Of a stretch of 32,000 bases of DNA, positions 26,338-32,000 are shown one piece after another. The DNA is from Wallemia ichthyophaga EXF-994. Taxonomy: Eukaryota > Fungi > Basidiomycota. The stretch's first letter is position 1. Each line of letters opens with the position of its first letter. A model generated the notes under the pieces. It did not search any database. It was not told the origin of the DNA and saw nothing but the letters and a program-made list of their open reading frames with translations. The translations under genes were made by a program, and so were the position numbers. The DNA is taken from contig NW_008806276.1 of assembly GCF_000400465.1 (NCBI RefSeq), forward strand, positions 538,614 through 570,613. The letters are read 5' to 3'.

Positions 26338-29051
26338 GGACTCACTAGCTTCATAAAGACCAACAAGCGCTCGCTGGCTAAAGAACTCACCTTCACTGCA
26401 AGGAAGGAAGGCGATGAGAGTGAGCGCACTGCACTCGCCGTTGACGCCTGGGGAATCATCTACCCGCTCTACCGCCAGACTGATATCTCTTCTACTTTCG
26501 GTGGCAGCTTCAAAGACTACAAGGAGAACCTCATCCACCTTATCCAGGCGTGGAGAACTGTGGGATTGGAACCAATCTTTGTTTTCGATGGCTGTCCATC
26601 TTCCCAAAAGCACAAGACTATGGTCAACCGCTTAGACCAGACTAACAAAAACCTCGAACTCTTCTGGCGTACAAACCCTCAATCAAGACAATCTATCGCA
26701 CTTAACGCTGTTCCTCCACTCTTGGCTGAGCTTACAGTTGATGTCTTGAAGTCTACTCAAGTCGAGTTCAAGATGGAAGAATCTGAAGCTGATTCCGCTG
26801 TTGTACACATTGCAAAGTCTAGAAACGGTCTCTGGGCAGGCGGTGACAGTGATCTTCTCGTTCACGACTCTGACGCCGATACTCTCGTTGCCGAGAAGGG
26901 TGGTTACGCTCCTCTCTTAGAAATGGAATGGGTTGCTGAGCGTCCAGAAGAACCCGCTGAAGATGCTTTCGACGGTGAAGAAGACGGTTTTGCTACCGTC
27001 TCAAAGGCTAACCACCCTCGTAACATTCGTAAGAAGGAGAAGGCCGCTGCAAAGGTACAAACCACCCTCGAAGGCTACGATACTACTCAGATCTTCCTCA
27101 GATCTCGCTTGTTCTCCCCACCAACGACTAAGATCGTTGCTCTCAGAATGGCTGTTTATGATCCAAAGACTCTCGCTGAGTTTGTCGGTATCAAGCCTCT
27201 CCACCTCCCTCTCCTCGCTGCTCTCGTTGGTAACGATAGCTCTCCACAAATTCAATCTCACTACCTCCACCGTGGCACAAGACCTGAAGAGAGAATCACT
27301 AGAGTCGCAAACGTTTTGAAGGAGTACTCAGGTGAAGGTGCACAACAATCTCTCATCGAATACGCCGTACAACAACTAGTTGACCCAGATATTGCCTCAG
27401 GCATTCACGAAGAGATTGCAGCTGATGTTATGAAGGCTTCCGCTGACTACATTGGTGTCGATCACGCAAACGTCTTTAGCGAGGATAAATTTGACAAAGA
27501 TGTTGTTGAAGCTTACAAGGGTGCTTACGTCGATGGCAGACTCTCACCAAAGATCTTGGAAATTATGCAAGAAAGAGTCTACTTCTGTCGTTTCATTATG
27601 GAGGTTATCGATGAGCGCTCCTCACATGTTGAAGTTGGTAGACATCTCCGTCAATTCGCATATATGATTACATTGGCTACTTGCAAGGAAGATCTCAGAT
27701 TCAAGAAGGTTGAGACTGTAGAAGAGGTCCAAGAGGTCAGTGAGGAGGAGAAGAAGGCTGCTGAAGAAGAGGAGCAGGAGAAGCAAGGCGAAGAAGACGC
27801 TGAGGGTGCTCAAGGTGCCGCAGCTGAAGTTCCAGAGGGTCAAAATGAGGAGGATTCAGAGGGTGAGACTGGTTATGGTATTTTAGAACAAGCTAACACA
27901 AAAAATTTTAGCTCAACCTCAAACCAAGATCACTACAAAGACTGTCGAGTACGCTTTTAACGCCGTAACAGAGTATACTCGTCACGGTGTAACAACCACT
28001 CCAGTCCCAGTGGAAATTCCTTCAATCGAGGATGTCCTCCCAGCAAAGATTGAAGAAACTAAGCAGGTCAAGGATGCTGCCAACGTACTGCCACCATTCC
28101 CAACACCATCCGGTCAATCACTTCAGCTCCTCCCATTGAGAGAGCGTCTGGCCTTGTTCTTAGCTGCGCACTCCTCATCACACCTCTCAGTCCCACTTGC
28201 ACAGGTTATCTCATCTGCTCCAAACCTCACACAGGACAGACACGCTCTCACCACCTCAGGCAAGGCTGTCAAGGGTGTCAACGAGGAAGGACCAATCGGA
28301 GATGCTTGCAAGGCTATCCGTCCATATGTTCCATTCGCTGCTGCAGTCCGCCACATTATTTTGAGTGTTAGAGATAGCTCCAAGGCTTGGAACGAGAGCA
28401 TACTCGAGGGCGTCATCAATATGGCCATCAAGGTTTACACCACCAAGGAAGAGAAGAGGGAAGAGAAGGAGGAGAACGATGAAGATGAAGAAGACGATGA
28501 AACTGCACTTGAGTCACCTCCAGTTGAACTTGTTCGCGCGGCATCACAAGTCTTGTGTGCGCTCGAATGCACTCAAATTGTTGCCGACTCTCTGCTGCTC
28601 TCAGGCATCACTACACCATGCCACGCCTTCTTCGATGGACCAACCCTCCACCGCTACCTCGCTGGCGCTGAGGAGCCTGTCGATAAGACCCTCACCGCTA
28701 TCATTAAGGAGTCTATCCTCGACGGCTGCCCAGAACGCACCGTCACAGTGAAGAAGGTCAAAAAGAGCAAAAAGCCAAAGGAGAACAAGAGTGAGGACAA
28801 GAAGAAGGAGCCTAAGAAGCAACCTGCTTCTAGATATGACATTTTGGCTGCAATGGGAATGGATTAAATTAATTGTGTGAGTTGGGTAGATGTATTTGTA
28901 AAAGTGCGGAATGCATGCTAATAAAGTAATATTTGTGTGATGCGCGTTGCGCATTTTGAATTAGTGATTGTGTGCCGGCTTATGTGCACGTGCTCGATGA
29001 AGAAAATTTTACAAAATCCTGTAATTTTTGATAAGCCATAAATATAGTTGT

Positions 29052-29153
29052 TTAAAGCTGAAAGAGAGCTCTGTGATACACCTTATAATGACATGCCGAC
29101 TTTGTAATTATCTCAAAAGCATCCGCATCTTAATGTGCGTTAAACAGCCAAAA
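29052..29153. promoter_or_regulatory. Candidate Ace1/Cup2-type copper-response elements upstream of the metallothionein-like gene
   Basis: TTAAAGCTGA (+, 29052-29061) and TTTTGGCTGT (-, 29144-29153) fit the yeast Ace1 consensus HTHNNGCTGD. The consensus is short and degenerate. Confidence 0.3.
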
Positions 29154-29396
29154 AAAAAGAAAACTTCATCTCAGTTTGCTCTGTATTATAAAGAGCTATA
29201 AAGTAAATTAGCCACAATCGGTACACCGTGCGAGCAGTCCAGCCCAGCGCCCTGTGACCCTTCCGGTCATGATGAAAATGACGACATAATCTCCGTTATT
29301 AAAACTTAAGATGAGATCGTGCATTTTAGCTGCGGCATAAATAGCTAACCCATTTCACTTTCTTTCTCTTTAACTTGAACTATCATAACTTTCGAA

Positions 29397-29538
29397 ATGG
29401 TCAGTGTTTTGCCAATTGTCTCAGAATGATTTACTTTCATCTAACACGCGACAGATCGCTCAAATTGCTATCGTCAACGGCCACCAATGCGGTTCATGCA
29501 CCCAAACCAACTGTTCCTGCTCCGGATGCTCCCACTAA
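29397..29538 (+). CDS. 28-aa metallothionein-like peptide MIAQIAIVNGHQCGSCTQTNCSCSGCSH; 2 exons (exon 1 is only the ATG)
   Basis: ATG at 29397-29399, then a canonical intron 29400-29454 (GTCAGT, branch CTAAC at 29441, ACAG) and exon 2 at 29455-29538. The peptide has 5 Cys and 2 His in CxxC, CxC and CxxC spacing. TATA-like CATAAATA at 29336. Confidence 0.8.
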
Positions 29539-30149
29539 GGAAGAAGTACCTCAAGACACAAGATCTTGTAAACACGGATTAATGTTACTTTCTTAGACGG
29601 TTTTGATGATATTTTATGTGCTAAAAAAAAATATGATTCAATATGAAAACCCTCCACATTCTTTGCTAAAATACATTCTTTACTTAGACAACTTCTTTGA
29701 CCAATACGTTCACCTGCGATTTGAAGATAATAGCACTGTATTTCAAGGTAGCCATGATACTCAATATCAATACTTTCACATCAACAACAAATTCTCCACG
29801 CCAAATGCTTCATTTCGGAGCGTGAAATAAGGACCTACCAATTTTGGAAGGATAGTGAAAACATCTTAGCTAGAGAATTATGAGTTCCATATTCATCCCA
29901 AATATAATCTTGATTGACAAAGATCACTCACCTCTTAAAAATCTCATTTATCAAGCTACCACTATCAAATAAATACCAATTGTTATCAATCGATAAGCTT
30001 AATTTAATTATTTCAAATGTCTATTATTCGATGCCAGACTTTTTCTCGCTTAATCGAAACACACCGCCGTCTTCGTTGAAGTTGAATGAACATTCCTTAG
30101 ATCGCTGGTGACCAACTTTTGAATATGCACTGCTTTCAATCAAACCAAT

Positions 30150-31761
30150 ATGAAAGATTCACCAGAAATCTCACGAATTGGCGACACTCCAGAACCACCC
30201 GACGAGCATGCGGAGTTCTTACTCAAAGCCGAGAAGAGAGTGTTAAGGAAGATTGACTTGCGAATCCTCAGCTTGACTGCTCTGGCTTACCTCCTTAACC
30301 ATATTGACAAAACAAATTTAGCAAATGCCAAAATAATGAACACTGACACTGAGAACGATTCCATGGTAGACCAGCTCGATCTCCAGGGCAGCCGCTTTGG
30401 AAATGTCATCCTTACGTACTACTGTAGCTTTATATTAGCTGAGTTGGTTGGAAACTACTTTCTGAAACTAATGGGTCCCAAACTCCATATATCTCGGATT
30501 GTCATCAGCTACGGTATAGTATGCGCTTGCTCAGCTGCTGTGCAATCCTACGAAGGCATGATCATCAATCGATTTTTCCTCGGACTGTGCCAGGGTGGAT
30601 TGTATTCAGGCGTTTTATATTACTTCTCCATTTGGTACAATGATACCGAACGTGCTCTTCGCTTTGCCATCTTTGTCTCATTTTCAACCCTCTCAACTGC
30701 AATATCCGGTCTAATTGCCACTGGCTGCTCCTATATGAACGGACTAGGGAGCCCTGCTTTGGAAGGTTTCCGATGGCTCTTCCTGCTTGAAGGCATTGTG
30801 ACCGTCGTCGTTGGTGTTTTGATCTTTTTCTTGCTCCCAGACTATCCTGAAGATGCCAAATTTCTTACCCCTGAGGAGCGTACAATTGCAGTGAACAGAC
30901 TGGGAACATCAATAATAAAAAACGACGATGGTTTTAAGATGAAATCTGCCTTGGGCGTATTTAAGCAATTTGATTTCTACTTCGTTTCTGTGGTGTGGTT
31001 GCTTCTTGCCCATGGCACTGCTGCGTTCTCTTTTTTCGCACCCAGTATCATCAATGAGTGTGTAAATTGTCAAGTTAAGCCTTCCCTGACCCATCTCCAG
31101 CCTAGACCCAAGCTTCCAAGGTATTATTGCACAGTGTCTGTCGGTTCCACCAGCCATTCTGGCGTCTTTATTGACTGTAGCATCTGGGTATTTATCAGAT
31201 AGATTCAGAAATAGACCTGCGTTCATCCTATTAGGTGTTGTTTTCGTCAGTTGCGGCTATTTGATCTTAGCTGTTGATAAGAAGGTGCTAGTTGGACGGA
31301 TGGCGGCGGTATTTCTCGTGGCCTTGTCTAACGTTGCCATTATCAATGTAGCCGCTTACCGCGTTAGCATACAGAGCAGAAGAGAAGATGCTGACAGTAC
31401 CGCTGTAGCCGTCGGCAGTAGTGCATCTTCAGCTATCTCAAATATATCGGGTATAACCGCACCCGTCATTCTTGATAGCCAGTTGGAGTTTGAATTTAAG
31501 TGTTATATCCTCATGGCTCTCTTCTTAGTCTCAGGTCTTATGACTATCTTCTGCTGGTGGTACTACGGTCCGGGTGTGAATTCGGACGATACTTCACATG
31601 AGCCTACAAAGATTCCCCCTTATGAAGCTACAGATGGAGTCCAGTTTGAACCGAAGGAAAAAGGTAAAGAGGACACTAAACAGACGGAAGAAATCGAAGA
31701 GAAGAGCAAAGAATCTATTGAAGCTTTTGATACGGATTCGCATAAATCAAATGTGGTCTGA
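30150..31761 (+). CDS. MFS transporter, anion:cation symporter (Dal5/Tna1-like) family; 2 exons
   Basis: Motifs VLRKIDLRIL, IDKTNLANAK, RFFLG, WY...ERALR, GLIA, WLFLLEG..T, LPDYPEDAKFLTPEER, SDRFRNR. Intron 31058-31100. Confidence 0.9.
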
Positions 31762-32000
31762 GCGAGTCATGCGCTAACCTGCTGGAAACCTTAACGATAT
31801 ATGATATTTATTGCTATTTATTGATCAAGTGATCTACTTTATACACAATCAATTTAATCAATTTACCCAACGAGTATGGAACATGGTGAAATAAAAGTTT
31901 AGTGTTGAGCATTTAGGACTTGAAACAGCATACGAAAACGTAGTACGGTTCCGTCACTGATAAGGTTTGGGCTTGTCTCAGGTTAGGTGAAACGAACGTA

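Noticed and set aside
27700-27860. GAG/GAA-rich purine tract (also 28440-28480) as a microsatellite or mobile-element remnant
   Set aside because: It is in-frame low-complexity coding sequence for acidic linkers of the nuclease-like protein.
29375-29596. 73-aa ORF overlapping the metallothionein-like gene in another frame
   Set aside because: It starts at TTG, runs through the predicted intron and has no recognisable features; the spliced Cys-rich frame explains the region better.
31930-32000. Hammerhead-ribozyme-like pieces (GTC, CTGATAA, GAAAC, and bulged pairing of TACGGTTCCGT with ACGAACGTA)
   Set aside because: Only one base lies between GTC and CTGA, so stem I cannot form, and the essential G8 of CUGANGA is missing.

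Overview
Eukaryotic DNA: a very gene-dense fungal region with many short (about 43-64 nt) GT-AG introns. The proteins look basidiomycete-like, and the compactness suggests Wallemia or a relative (inference, not proven). I spliced 17 genes by hand: LCB2, a four-repeat DUF6987-like protein, ERG26, a divergent histone H2A, GDP-mannose 4,6-dehydratase, TFB2, an M17 leucine aminopeptidase, a Nur1/Mug154-like protein, RFA1, insulysin/STE23, DHFR, NAA40/NAT4, an Sld3-like protein, an ArfGAP, CTP synthase, an Asteroid/XPG-like nuclease and an MFS transporter. An 18th gene, a 28-aa metallothionein-like peptide, is missed by the ORF track because an intron follows its ATG directly. No tRNA, rRNA, CRISPR or transposon could be supported. 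Most notable: the hidden metallothionein, the H2A variant with an acidic tail, mirror-image first introns with 21-nt periodic 3' splice modules around the CTP synthase/nuclease promoter, and a DHFR gene with only 9 bp to the nearest possible start or stop codon on each side. All product calls come from motif recognition, not database searches.
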